A stretch of DNA of 64,000 nucleotides from Trueperaceae bacterium (lineage in GTDB: Bacteria; Deinococcota; Deinococci; Deinococcales; Trueperaceae). The stretch covers positions 1,344,001-1,408,000 of the forward strand of contig JAXHLW010000013.1 of assembly GCA_034521815.1 (NCBI GenBank). Reading direction: 5' to 3'. Numbering within the stretch: the stretch's first letter is position 1; each line of letters starts with the position of its first letter. The notes beneath the pieces are model-generated. The model saw only the letters and a list, made by a program, of their open reading frames with translations, was not told the DNA's origin and searched no databases. Both the position numbers and the translations under genes were made by a program. Below, one piece after another: positions 37,438-46,728 of the stretch.

Positions 37438-38361
37438 CTACCCCGGTGCTGCGTCCACCGCCGTCGTGAGCACGCTCAACACGATCGGCAGCGTCACCAA
37501 CGCCACCGCAGTGCCGGCCACGACGGTATCGCCGACCTGCTCGGCGTCGCCGCCGAACTCGATCGCCAGCATCACCGCGTTCACCGCGGTCGGCATGGCG
37601 CCCATCAGCACCAGGACCGCCAGGTCCAAGCCTGTCAGTCCCAGCGCCAGCCCGGCGCCCGCCGCCAAGAGCGGCCCCGCCCCCAGCTTCAGGCCCACGC
37701 CCAGCCAGGCCCTGGCGCTGGGCAGGTGTCGGCCGCTCCGCGCCAGCTGCACGCCCAGCGTCAGCAGCACCATCGGAATGGCCGCATCGGCCAGGAGGTC
37801 CACCGCGCGCCCCGCGGCGAGAGGCAGGGTCAGGCCGGCCACGTTCACGAGCAGGCCCGCCAGCGTGGCCCACAGCACCGGGAAGGCCAGCACGGTGCGA
37901 AGCGCACGCGCCGGCGAGACGGACGCCCCGAGCAGCCCGGGGCCGATCGTGAACACCAGCAGCGCCGTCGCGAGGTAGAGGATCAGGGCGCGGTCCAGCC
38001 CCGCCGGCCCGAACGCGAACAGCGCGACGGGCAGGTTCAGGTTGGCGGCGTTGCCCAGCACGCTGGTGCCGATCAGCGCGCGCCTGGCCGAGCCGGACAG
38101 CCGAGCGCCGGCCAGCGCCGCCAAGCCCGCGGCGACGACCAGGTACGCGGCGTACGCGGCCAGCAGGCGCGCCGCGGGAATCTCGCCCAGCGCCAGCTCC
38201 GCCATGGCGCGGAACGCCAGCGCCGGCACCGCGGCGTAGAGCGCCAGGCGGTTGACGTGACGAACGTCCAGGCGGAACCAGCCCCCGACCAGGCCACCGA
38301 CCAGGATGACCGCGAACACCGGCAGGACGACGTCGACGAGCAGCTTCAGGGACGCTGGCAC
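37438..38361 (-). CDS. AEC (auxin efflux carrier) family transporter
   Basis: VVLPVFAVILVG, YAAVPALAF, GNAANLNLPV, AIPMVLLTLGVQL, KLGAGP, AMPTAVN. Confidence 0.88.
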   Translation of the reverse strand: MPASLKLLVDVVLPVFAVILVGGLVGGWFRLDVRHVNRLALYAAVPALAFRAMAELALGEIPAARLLAAYAAYLVVAAGLAALAGARLSGSARRALIGTSVLGNAANLNLPVALFAFGPAGLDRALILYLATALLVFTIGPGLLGASVSPARALRTVLAFPVLWATLAGLLVNVAGLTLPLAAGRAVDLLADAAIPMVLLTLGVQLARSGRHLPSARAWLGVGLKLGAGPLLAAGAGLALGLTGLDLAVLVLMGAMPTAVNAVMLAIEFGGDAEQVGDTVVAGTAVALVTLPIVLSVLTTAVDAAPG

Positions 38362-38393
38362 GGGGCATGCTACCTGGCGCTAGACTCGTGGGC

Positions 38394-39977
38394 GTGCGCC
38401 TCTCCCCCGGCCGGCTCGGCGGTCTCCTCGCGTCGCTCTTCCTGGCGCTTCTCCTGGTCGTGCCCCTCGTCGCCGTGGTGGCGCGGGGGCTCGGCGGCGA
38501 GCCGCTGGCCACCGTGCGCGAGCTGGCCGCCGACCCGTTCCTCCGCGAACGGCTGGGGGCGACGCTGCTGCAGGCGACGCTCTCGACGGTGCTGACGGTC
38601 GCGATCGGGCTTCCAGGAGCGTTGGCGTTCGCACGCTGGTCGTTTCCCGGCAAGCGGATCCTGCGCGCGCTGTTCACGGTGCCGTTCGTGATGCCGTCCG
38701 TCGTGGCGGGAGCGGGGTTCCTGGCGCTGCTGGGGCCCGGCGGGGCGCTGGGCGTCGACCTGGTCGATACGCTGACGCTGGTGCTCCTCGCCCACGTGTT
38801 CTACAACCACGCCGTGGTGGTGCGGATGGTGGGCGGGTTCCTGGAGTCGGCCGCGCCCCGGCTCCGCGACGCGGCGGCGACGCTGGGCGCCGGGCCGTTC
38901 CGGACCACGTTGCGCGTCACGCTTCCCTTGGCGGCGCCCGCGATCCTCGCGGCGGCGGCGCTGGTGTTCGTGTTCTGCTTCACCTCGTTCGGCGTGATCC
39001 TGATCCTGGCGCCGGGCGGCGCCTGGGACACCCTGGAGGTCGAGATCTACCGCAGCGTCGCCCGGCTGATGCGGCTCGATACCGCCGCGGCGCTGGCGCT
39101 GCTGCAGCTGCTCGTGGCGATGGCCGCAGGCGGCGTCTACACGGCGTTGCAGGCCCGCGCCGCGGTGCCGCTGAGCGGCGCGACGCCGCTTCCGCGACCG
39201 GGCCTGGGCGGGCGGTGGCTGCTGGCCCTGACGCTGGCGCCTCCGGCCGTGCTGACCGCGGCGCCGCTGGTGGCGCTCGCGATCCGGTCGGTGACGCCAC
39301 CGGGAACGGAGGGGATCTCGTGGATCGGCTGGAGCGCGGCGTTCGCGCCCAGCGGCCTGCTGGGGGTGGTGAGCGCCTGGCAGGCGACCTGGAACTCGCT
39401 CCGGTTCGCGGCCGCGTCGGGCCTGATCGCGACCGTGGTGGGGACGGCGCTGGCGTACGCGGTGGTGCGCGGCGGCTGGCGATTCCTGGACCGCGCCAGC
39501 CTGCTGCCGCTGGCCACCAGCGCCGTCACGCTGGGCCTCGGGCTGCTGCTGGCGTGGCCGGCGCTGACGGGAACGTTCTGGGGCTTGGCGCTGGCGCACG
39601 CGCTGATCGGAACGCCGTTCGTGACGCGGGCGGTGCTGCCGTCGCTGCGGGGGATTCCCGCCTCGCGCTCGGCAGCGGCGGCGACGCTGGGCGCGGGACC
39701 GTGGCGCAGGGCGCTGCGCGTCGATCTGCCGGCGCTGGTGCCGGGCCTGATCGGCGGGGCCGGGTTCGCGGTGGCGGTGTCGCTGGGCGAGTTCGGCGCC
39801 GCGCTGGTGCTGAGCCGGCCCGAGCTGGCGACGCTGCCGATCGCGATCTACCAGCGCCTGGGACGTCCCGGCGCCGAGAGCTACGCGGCCGCGCTGGTGC
39901 TGGCGCTGCTGCTGATGGCGCTGACGGCGGTGATCATGGCGCTGCTGGACCGGCTGGGCGGACCGGGCGAGATCTGA
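38394..39977 (+). CDS. thiP: Thiamine/iron-type ABC transporter permease
   Basis: Duplicated permease: TLLQATLSTVL, TVPFVMPSVV, LAHVFYN, AAATLGA (EAA-like, twice), SLGEFGAA, TLPIAIYQRLGRPG. GTG lies 7 nt after TAGACT. Confidence 0.82.
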   Translation: MRLSPGRLGGLLASLFLALLLVVPLVAVVARGLGGEPLATVRELAADPFLRERLGATLLQATLSTVLTVAIGLPGALAFARWSFPGKRILRALFTVPFVMPSVVAGAGFLALLGPGGALGVDLVDTLTLVLLAHVFYNHAVVVRMVGGFLESAAPRLRDAAATLGAGPFRTTLRVTLPLAAPAILAAAALVFVFCFTSFGVILILAPGGAWDTLEVEIYRSVARLMRLDTAAALALLQLLVAMAAGGVYTALQARAAVPLSGATPLPRPGLGGRWLLALTLAPPAVLTAAPLVALAIRSVTPPGTEGISWIGWSAAFAPSGLLGVVSAWQATWNSLRFAAASGLIATVVGTALAYAVVRGGWRFLDRASLLPLATSAVTLGLGLLLAWPALTGTFWGLALAHALIGTPFVTRAVLPSLRGIPASRSAAAATLGAGPWRRALRVDLPALVPGLIGGAGFAVAVSLGEFGAALVLSRPELATLPIAIYQRLGRPGAESYAAALVLALLLMALTAVIMALLDRLGGPGEI

Positions 39978-40030
39978 TCCGTGCCCGGCGCGGATCGGGC
40001 CGCGATCCGGCCGCGGGTATGATGCCGCGC

Positions 40031-41020
40031 GTGGCTCTCGAACTCTCGGGCGTGGTACGGCGCTACGGCGAGGTGCGCGCCGTCGACGGCGTCGATCTGA
40101 TCGTTCCGCCGGGTCGGACGCTGGCGCTGCTGGGACCCTCGGGGTGCGGCAAGTCGACGCTGCTTCGCGTGGTGGCGGGCCTCGAGCCGCCCGACGCGGG
40201 AACGTTGCGCATGGACGGACGCGACCTGGCCGGGGTGCCGCCGCAGCGACGCGGCATCGGCATGGTGTTCCAGGACTACGCGCTCTTCCCGCACCTGACC
40301 GTGAAGGACAACGTGGCGTTCGGCCTGGTCGAGCGCGGCTGGCCCGTGGCCGAGCGCGAGGCCAGGGTCACGGAGCTGCTGGACGCCGTCGACCTCACGG
40401 GGCTGGAGCGGCGTCGCCCGCACGAGCTCTCGGGCGGTCAGCAGCAGCGCGTCGCGCTGGCGCGGGCGCTCGCTCCGCGTCCCGCCTTGCTGCTCCTCGA
40501 CGAGCCGCTGAGCAACCTGGACCGGACCCTTCGCGACGAGCTCACCGACGAGCTCGCCGAGCTCCTGAGCGAGCTGGACGTCCAGGCGATCCACGTCACG
40601 CACGATCAGAACGAGGCGTTCGCGCTGGCCGACAGGGTCGCCGTGATGCACGCGGGCCGCATCGTGCAGGAGGGCACGCCGGACGAGCTGCTCGACGCGC
40701 CTCGGAACGCCTGGATGGCCCGCTTCCTGGGGCTGCGCGAGCTGATCCCGGCCGGCCAGGCGAAGGAGCTGGGGTTCGCGGGCACCACGTTGCTGCGGGT
40801 CGAGAAACTGCGTCCGGATCCTGACGGGCGGCCGTTCGAGGTTCGACGTGTGCATCGTGTCGGCACCGACCTGGAGCTGGCGCTGACCTCGCCGGAGTGG
40901 GGGCTGGCCCTCCGCTGGCAGGTCCGCCCGCGCGAGCTTGGCACGACGCCCGAGCCGGGCGACACGATCCGGCTGCGCGTTCCGGACGACGCCTGGACGG
41001 TGCTGGAGGTGGAGGGATGA
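40031..41020 (+). CDS. ABC transporter ATP-binding protein (probable ThiQ)
   Basis: GPSGCGKS, MVFQDYALFPHL, LSGGQQQRVALAR, LLLDEPLSNLD, HVTHDQ; lies between thiP and thiN. Confidence 0.88.
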   Translation: MALELSGVVRRYGEVRAVDGVDLIVPPGRTLALLGPSGCGKSTLLRVVAGLEPPDAGTLRMDGRDLAGVPPQRRGIGMVFQDYALFPHLTVKDNVAFGLVERGWPVAEREARVTELLDAVDLTGLERRRPHELSGGQQQRVALARALAPRPALLLLDEPLSNLDRTLRDELTDELAELLSELDVQAIHVTHDQNEAFALADRVAVMHAGRIVQEGTPDELLDAPRNAWMARFLGLRELIPAGQAKELGFAGTTLLRVEKLRPDPDGRPFEVRRVHRVGTDLELALTSPEWGLALRWQVRPRELGTTPEPGDTIRLRVPDDAWTVLEVEG

Positions 41021-41649
41021 TCGCGCTGATCTTGGCGGGCGGTCCGTTGCGTCCGAGCCCACGTCTGCTGCGCAAGGTCGCCGAGGCGGACGTCGTGATC
41101 GCGGCGGACGGCGGGCTCCGGCACGCGATCCCGCTGGGCGTGACGCCGGATCTGCTGGTCGGCGACCTGGACTCGGTCCGCGAGGAGGACCTGATGGTCT
41201 GGCCGGACGTGCCCACCGAGCGCCATCCGGCGGACAAGGACGCCCTCGACCTCGAGCTCGCGATCGAGGCGGCGCTGGCGCGCGGGGCCGAGTGCATCCG
41301 GGTCATCGGGGCGTTCGGGGGGCGGTTCGACCAGACGCTGGCGACCGCCTGGATCGCCGCCCGCTACGCCGAGCAGGGCGTGGACATGTCGCTGCTGGAC
41401 GGGATCCACGATGCGTATCCGCTGCCGGCGGGGGCTCGGTTCGACGACGAGGTTCCCAGCGGCACGGTGTTCAGCCTGCTGTCGGTGAGCGAGCGGTCGC
41501 GCGTGGACGTCGACGGCGCGGACTACCCGCTCAGGGACGCGGAGCTGCCGCGCGGCGTGGGGCTGGGTCTCTCCAACGTCGCGCACGACCGGTTGGTGGT
41601 CGACGTTCGCGAGGGCTTGGTGCTGCTGATCCTCGAGTGGGACGCCTGA
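41017..41649 (+). CDS. thiN: Thiamine diphosphokinase
   Basis: VIAADGGL, PDLLVGDLDSV, KDALDLELA, GAFGGRFDQ, GLGLSN; ATGA overlap with the ATPase gene. Confidence 0.9.
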   Translation: MIALILAGGPLRPSPRLLRKVAEADVVIAADGGLRHAIPLGVTPDLLVGDLDSVREEDLMVWPDVPTERHPADKDALDLELAIEAALARGAECIRVIGAFGGRFDQTLATAWIAARYAEQGVDMSLLDGIHDAYPLPAGARFDDEVPSGTVFSLLSVSERSRVDVDGADYPLRDAELPRGVGLGLSNVAHDRLVVDVREGLVLLILEWDA

Positions 41650-41661
41650 GCTAGCCGCGGG

Positions 41662-41719
41662 TTGCACTGGGGCGCCTCCGCGCGCCATACTGCGGATACG
41701 GAAATGTAAACGTTTTCAT
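41662..41719 (+). promoter_or_regulatory. Promoter (TTGCAC-N18-CATACT) followed by a LacI-family operator ATGTAAAC/GTTTTCAT
   Basis: Near-perfect palindrome at 41704-41719 with the central AAACGTTT core typical of LacI/GalR sites, just upstream of a LacI-family gene. Confidence 0.75.
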
Positions 41720-41752
41720 CCGGGCCGGGGCCCGGCGACGCGACGGAGGAAC

Positions 41753-42827
41753 GTGACGGAGCGAGCGCGCGTACCCACCATGCACGACGTGGCCCGCGAG
41801 GCCGGCGTCTCGACGGCGACGGTGTCGCGCGTCGTGAACGGCGCCCGCGTCCGGCCCGCCACCGCGCGCACCGTGCGCGAGGCGATGCATCGCCTGGGGT
41901 ACGTCCCGAACCAGGTCGCGCGCGGCCTGGTGACCGGCCGTAGCGACGTCGTCGGGGTGCTGGTGCCCGACCTGGTCGGACCGCTCAACGCCGCCGTGGC
42001 CCGGGGGGTCGAAGATGCGCTGGAGGCGCGCGGCATGCACGCCGTCGTCGTGACCGACCACCGCGAGCCCGAGCGCGAGCGGGCCCGGCTGCGGATGCTG
42101 GTCGCGCGGCGCGTGGACGGACTGGTGCTGATCGGCAGTCAGCTGCCGGATGCCGAGATCCGCGACGCGGTCGGCGACACCCCGGTCGTGCTGGTCGGCG
42201 CCGAACACGAGCGCACCGAGCTGCCCGAGGTCCGTGTCGACAACCGCGCCGGGATCGACGCGGCGCTCCGGATCGTGGCTCGGCCACGGCCACCGCGACG
42301 TCGCGCACCTCGCCGGCCCGCGCCGCGACGGGCGTGAGCGGCTCGACGCGGTCCGTGAGCTCGCTCCTCGGCACGGCGTCCGCCTGATCGCCGTCGCCGA
42401 GGCCGACTTCAGCGAGTCGGGCGGCCTGACCGCGGGCCGCGAGCTGCTGGACCGCGGCGGGTTCAGCGCGGTGCTGTGCTCCAACGACCGGACCGCCGTC
42501 GGTCTGTACGCCGCCGCGCGCGAGCGCGGGCTCCGCTTTCCCCGTGATCTGTCCATCGTCGGCTTCGACGATCTTCCCTGGAGCGCGTACCTCGATCCGG
42601 CCCTCACCACCGTGCGGCAGCCCAGTCGCGAGATGGGCCGCGTCGCGGCCGAGCGGATCCTGGACCCCGACGCGAGCACGGCCTGGCAGGGCGAGCGCAC
42701 GCTCGTTCCCGAGCCGGTCGAGCGCGCCTCCGTCGCTCCCCCCACCCTGGCCGACCGTCGCGCCGCCCGGCACGACTCGGACGACCGCCCGCAACCCGTC
42801 GCTCTCGTCAAGGAGGAACCCGCATGA
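41753..42827 (+). CDS. LacI-family transcriptional regulator, frameshifted (+1) near 42275
   Basis: PTMHDVAREAGVSTATVSRVVN HTH and GYVPNQVARGL in ORF 41753..42337. The rest (GHRDVAHLAGP, AVLCSNDRTAVG, PRDLSIVGFDD, LTTVRQP) is in ORF 42150..42827. Confidence 0.88.
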
Positions 42828-44152
42828 AACGCATCCTCGTCACCCTCGTCGTCCTGTCCTGCAGCCTGGCCTTCGCCCAGCTGCAGGTGTGGACCACCCA
42901 GGTCCAACCCGAGCGCATGGCGGTTCAGGAAGCGCTCGCTGCCGACTTCCTGGCCGAGACCGACATCTCGGTCGACTTCATTCCGGTCGAGGAGTCCGAT
43001 CTCTCGACCCGGATCACCGCCGCCTTCTCGGCCGGCGACCTGCCCGACCTCATCTACCACCCGGTCAGCCAGACCATCGGCTGGGCCGAGGCCGGCATCC
43101 TCGACGTCGACGCCGCTAGCGCCACGATCGACGCGCTGGGCGCGGGCACCTTCGCTCAAGGCCTGCTGAACCTGACGCAGACGCCGAACGGCTACGCGGC
43201 GGTTCCCAGCGACGGTTGGACGCAGCTGCTGATCTACCGCTCCGATCTGTTCGAGGAGGCCGGCCTGGAAGCGCCGACCACCTTCGCCGCGATCGAGGCC
43301 GCCGCCGAGGCGCTCCATTCGCCTCCCGAGATGTACGGCTTCGTGGCCGCGACCGACGTGAATAACGACTACACCATGCAGGTGCTCGAGCACTTCTTCC
43401 TCGCCAACGGCGTGCACCTGGTCGCCGACGACGGCAGCATCGGCCTCGAGACCGAGCCCACCATCGCCACGCTCGAGTTCTACAAGACGCTGGCCGACGT
43501 CAGCCCCCCAGGGAACCTGTACTGGCAGCAGTCGCGCGAGCTCTACTTCGACGGTCGCGCCGCGATGATCGTCTGGTCGCCGTTCATTCTGGACGAGATG
43601 GCGGGCCTGCGCGACGCCGCCCCCGTCACGATCAGCGACGATCCCACCACCCGCGATCTGGCGTCGATCACCGGCATCGTGACGAACCTCGCCGGCCCCG
43701 ACAACCCTGAAGGCGCCGGCTGGGCCGCGTCCAGCAACTGGGGCATCACCGTCGACGCCGACACCGAGGCGGCGCAGAGCTTCGTCGAGTTCGTGCTCAG
43801 CGGCGACGGCTACCTGTCGTGGCTGTCGATGGCGCCCGAAGGCCTGTTCCCCGCCCGCTCCGGCACGACCGAGAACCCCACCGCGTTCGTCGACGGCTGG
43901 TCGCAGCTCGACGTCGGCGTCGATCGCCGCGCGCCCCTCGCCGAGCTGTACGGCGAAGAGGTCGTGAACGACATCGTCGCCGGCCTCCAGGTCGCCAACC
44001 GCTGGGCGTACGCCCAGGGCGAGGGCGCGCTGCTCTCGCGCCTGTACGGCACGCGCGTGATGGCCGAGCTGGTCCGCTCCTACCTCGACGGCGAAGCGAC
44101 CGTCGAAGAGACCGCCGAGCGCCTGCAAGCACGCATCTCCGCGCTGCGCTGA
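42824..44152 (+). CDS. Carbohydrate ABC transporter substrate-binding protein (CUT1)
   Basis: Signal peptide MKRILVTLVVLSCSLAFA; GDLPDLI, AVPSDGWTQLLIYRSDLFEEAGL, GRAAMIVWS; AAGGAGG RBS. Confidence 0.9.
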   Translation: MKRILVTLVVLSCSLAFAQLQVWTTQVQPERMAVQEALAADFLAETDISVDFIPVEESDLSTRITAAFSAGDLPDLIYHPVSQTIGWAEAGILDVDAASATIDALGAGTFAQGLLNLTQTPNGYAAVPSDGWTQLLIYRSDLFEEAGLEAPTTFAAIEAAAEALHSPPEMYGFVAATDVNNDYTMQVLEHFFLANGVHLVADDGSIGLETEPTIATLEFYKTLADVSPPGNLYWQQSRELYFDGRAAMIVWSPFILDEMAGLRDAAPVTISDDPTTRDLASITGIVTNLAGPDNPEGAGWAASSNWGITVDADTEAAQSFVEFVLSGDGYLSWLSMAPEGLFPARSGTTENPTAFVDGWSQLDVGVDRRAPLAELYGEEVVNDIVAGLQVANRWAYAQGEGALLSRLYGTRVMAELVRSYLDGEATVEETAERLQARISALR

Positions 44153-44160
44153 GCCGCGCC

Positions 44161-44193
44161 CCCGGCGGAACGGGCAGCGCCCGTTCCGCCGGG
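44161..44193 (+). promoter_or_regulatory. Perfect 15-bp intercistronic stem-loop after the binding-protein gene
   Basis: CCCGGCGGAACGGGC-AGC-GCCCGTTCCGCCGGG with no U-tract; probably an mRNA stabiliser or partial terminator (inference). Confidence 0.65.
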
Positions 44194-44218
44194 ACCTCCG
44201 TTCCGGAAGGAGACGACC

Positions 44219-45478
44219 GTGCGCGGACGATCCCTCGCCGCACGCGAAGCACGCCTCGCCTATCTGATGTTGGCCCCGACGTTCGTGATCGTCTTCGCGA
44301 TCGTCCTCTTCCCCGTGCTCGCCAATCTATGGATCAGCTTCAAGCCGGTCGAGCTGGCCGATCTTCGGGCTCCTCAGCCGCTCGTCCGGGAACGGATCCG
44401 CGAGACCCCGACCGCGCCGGGCGAGGTGCTCGAGATCCGCTATCAGATGCGCAACAGCTCGATCGACGTCACCATCCGCGACACCGCCCTGTTCGACGAT
44501 CTCCCCCCAGGCCTGACGCTCCGAACGGACGAGCCGCGCTGCGAGCTGGGCGACGGCGCCCTCGCCTGCTCGCTGGGGACGTGGGAGGGCGGCTACCGCG
44601 AGAACCTCGACCTGGAGTTCGAGGCCGGCCCCGCCTACTTCGACGCGGGCGCGCCGACGCCGCTGGACACCACGCCGCAGATGCGCGGCCGCGCGCCCAA
44701 CGTGCTCACCAACGCGACGTTCACGCTGGACAACTTCGTGCGCGTGATGAACGCGCCCGACTTCTGGCCTACCCTGCGCGCCACCCTCTGGTACACGATC
44801 TTCGGAACGATGGGCTCGATCCTGCTGGGCCTGTTCGCCGCCCAGCTGCTGGACGCCGACTTTCGCGGCAAAGGCGCGCTTCGGGGCTTGTTCCTGTTTC
44901 CCTACGTCGCGCCGGTGATCGCCGCGGCGTTCACCTGGGCGTTCCTGCTCGATCCGCTGTCGGGGAACGTGAACGCGGTCCTGCTCGAGTACGGTCTGGT
45001 GGGTGAGGCGATCAACTTCCTGAGCCGCCGGACCACCGAGATCGGCTTCTTCGGACTCACGCTCCAGTGGCCGCTGGCGCTCTCGATGGTGATCCTGTTC
45101 GAAGCCTGGCGCTACTTCCCGTTCGCGTTCCTGTTCATCCTCGCCCGCTTCCAGGCGATCCCGAACGACATGTACGAAGCGGCCGACGTCGACGGCGCCA
45201 GTCCGCTTCAGCGCTTCTGGTTCATCACCCTGCCGCAGCTCGTCGGGATCCTCTCGACGCTGTTCCTGCTGCGCTTCATCTGGACGTTCAACAAGTTCGA
45301 CGACATCTTCCTGCTCACAGGCGGCGCCGCCGGTACGAAGACGCTGACGGTGCAGGTGTACGACCAGGCGTTCGCTCTGGCCGACCTGGGAGCGGGCGCA
45401 GCGGTGGCCGTGATCCTGTTCCTGATTCTGGCGGCGTTCATGACGATCTACTTCCGCTACGCGCCGGAGGGCGACTGA
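44219..45478 (+). CDS. Carbohydrate ABC permease (MalF-like) with an extra-cytoplasmic beta-domain insertion
   Basis: LAYLMLAPT, FTLDNF, EAA motif MYEAADVDGASPLQRFWFITLPQL, FDDIFLLTGG. Confidence 0.9.
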   Translation: MRGRSLAAREARLAYLMLAPTFVIVFAIVLFPVLANLWISFKPVELADLRAPQPLVRERIRETPTAPGEVLEIRYQMRNSSIDVTIRDTALFDDLPPGLTLRTDEPRCELGDGALACSLGTWEGGYRENLDLEFEAGPAYFDAGAPTPLDTTPQMRGRAPNVLTNATFTLDNFVRVMNAPDFWPTLRATLWYTIFGTMGSILLGLFAAQLLDADFRGKGALRGLFLFPYVAPVIAAAFTWAFLLDPLSGNVNAVLLEYGLVGEAINFLSRRTTEIGFFGLTLQWPLALSMVILFEAWRYFPFAFLFILARFQAIPNDMYEAADVDGASPLQRFWFITLPQLVGILSTLFLLRFIWTFNKFDDIFLLTGGAAGTKTLTVQVYDQAFALADLGAGAAVAVILFLILAAFMTIYFRYAPEGD

Positions 45479-46728
45479 TGCTCAGCTCCAGCTCCCCGCA
45501 CACCGTCCGCAGCGCCGCGGGCGTGGCCGTCGGCGTCGTCGTCGGCGCCCTGACCGCCGCGCTCCTCGTCACCGTCTGGAGCCTGCTCGCGACCCTCACC
45601 ACCTCCGGCGTGTCGAGCGCGCCGCTGGGCTGGGCCACGCTGTCGGGCGCGGTCCTGGGCGCGGTGATCATCGCGTTGCGGCGCGGCAAGGACACCCCCG
45701 CTCCGGCCGCCTGGGCCGCTGGCGCCGCGGTGGGCGCCGCCTGGGCCGTCATCTCGTCCGGCACGCCGCTGGGCTTCGCCCATCCGTTCTGGGGCGCGCC
45801 CGCCGCGGTCTTGGTGTTCACCGCGATCGGCCAGACGACCCGCTACGGACTTCGCGACCTGGATCTCGGCCGCATCGACCGGTCCCGCTTCGAGATCCTG
45901 CTGCTGCGCGGCCTGCGCGCACTGGGGTTCACCTTCTTCCTGGCGATCGTGATCCTGCCGTTCTGGTTCATGCTGTCCTCCTCGTTCAAGCCGCGCGCCG
46001 AGCTGCTGCGCGATCCGACGAACCTGGCGATCGACCTGTCGCGCGGGCTGTCCGAGCTGTTCGTCGGCTACCGCGAGGTGCTGGTCACATTCGACTTCGC
46101 CCGCTTCATCCTGAACAGCACCTTCGTCGCGAGCGTCACCGTCATCGTCACGCTGGCGCTGGCGGTGATGGGCGCGTACGCCGTGACGCGGCTGCGCTTC
46201 CCTGGACGCGAATGGCTGTCGCGCTCGATCCTGCTGATCTACATGTTCCCGGCCATCGTCATGGTCATCCCGCTCTACACGATCTTCAGTCAGCTGGGGC
46301 TGCGCGACACGCTGCCGGGCCTGCTGATCGTCTACCCCGCGACCACGCTGCCGGTAGCGCTGTACATGCTGAGAAGCTACTTCCAGACCTTGCCGAAGGA
46401 CCTCGAGGAGGCCGGCCTGATCGACGGGGCCACGCGCTTCGGGGTGATCATGCGGATCACGCTGCCGCTGTCGCTGCCGGCGCTGGCGTCCGTCGGCCTC
46501 TACGTCTTCATGATCGCGTGGAACGAGTTCCTGTTCGCGTTCATGTTCCTGGACACGCCCGCCATCTTCACGCTGTCGCGGGGGATGGTCGCGCTGAACT
46601 CGCAGGAGGTGCCGCGCCAGTTCCTGATGGCGGGCGCGGTGATCGTGACCGTCCCGATCATGGTGCTGTTCTTCTGGTTCGAGAAGTACCTCGTCGGCGG
46701 CCTCACCGCGGGAGGGGTGAAGGGATGA
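45478..46728 (+). CDS. Carbohydrate ABC permease (MalG-like) with N-terminal hydrophobic extension
   Basis: C-terminal part of ORF 45067..46728: FILNSTFVA, GAYAVTRLRFPG, EAA motif LEEAGLIDGATRF, AWNEFLFA, YLVGGLTAGGVKG. Confidence 0.9.
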   Translation: MLSSSSPHTVRSAAGVAVGVVVGALTAALLVTVWSLLATLTTSGVSSAPLGWATLSGAVLGAVIIALRRGKDTPAPAAWAAGAAVGAAWAVISSGTPLGFAHPFWGAPAAVLVFTAIGQTTRYGLRDLDLGRIDRSRFEILLLRGLRALGFTFFLAIVILPFWFMLSSSFKPRAELLRDPTNLAIDLSRGLSELFVGYREVLVTFDFARFILNSTFVASVTVIVTLALAVMGAYAVTRLRFPGREWLSRSILLIYMFPAIVMVIPLYTIFSQLGLRDTLPGLLIVYPATTLPVALYMLRSYFQTLPKDLEEAGLIDGATRFGVIMRITLPLSLPALASVGLYVFMIAWNEFLFAFMFLDTPAIFTLSRGMVALNSQEVPRQFLMAGAVIVTVPIMVLFFWFEKYLVGGLTAGGVKG

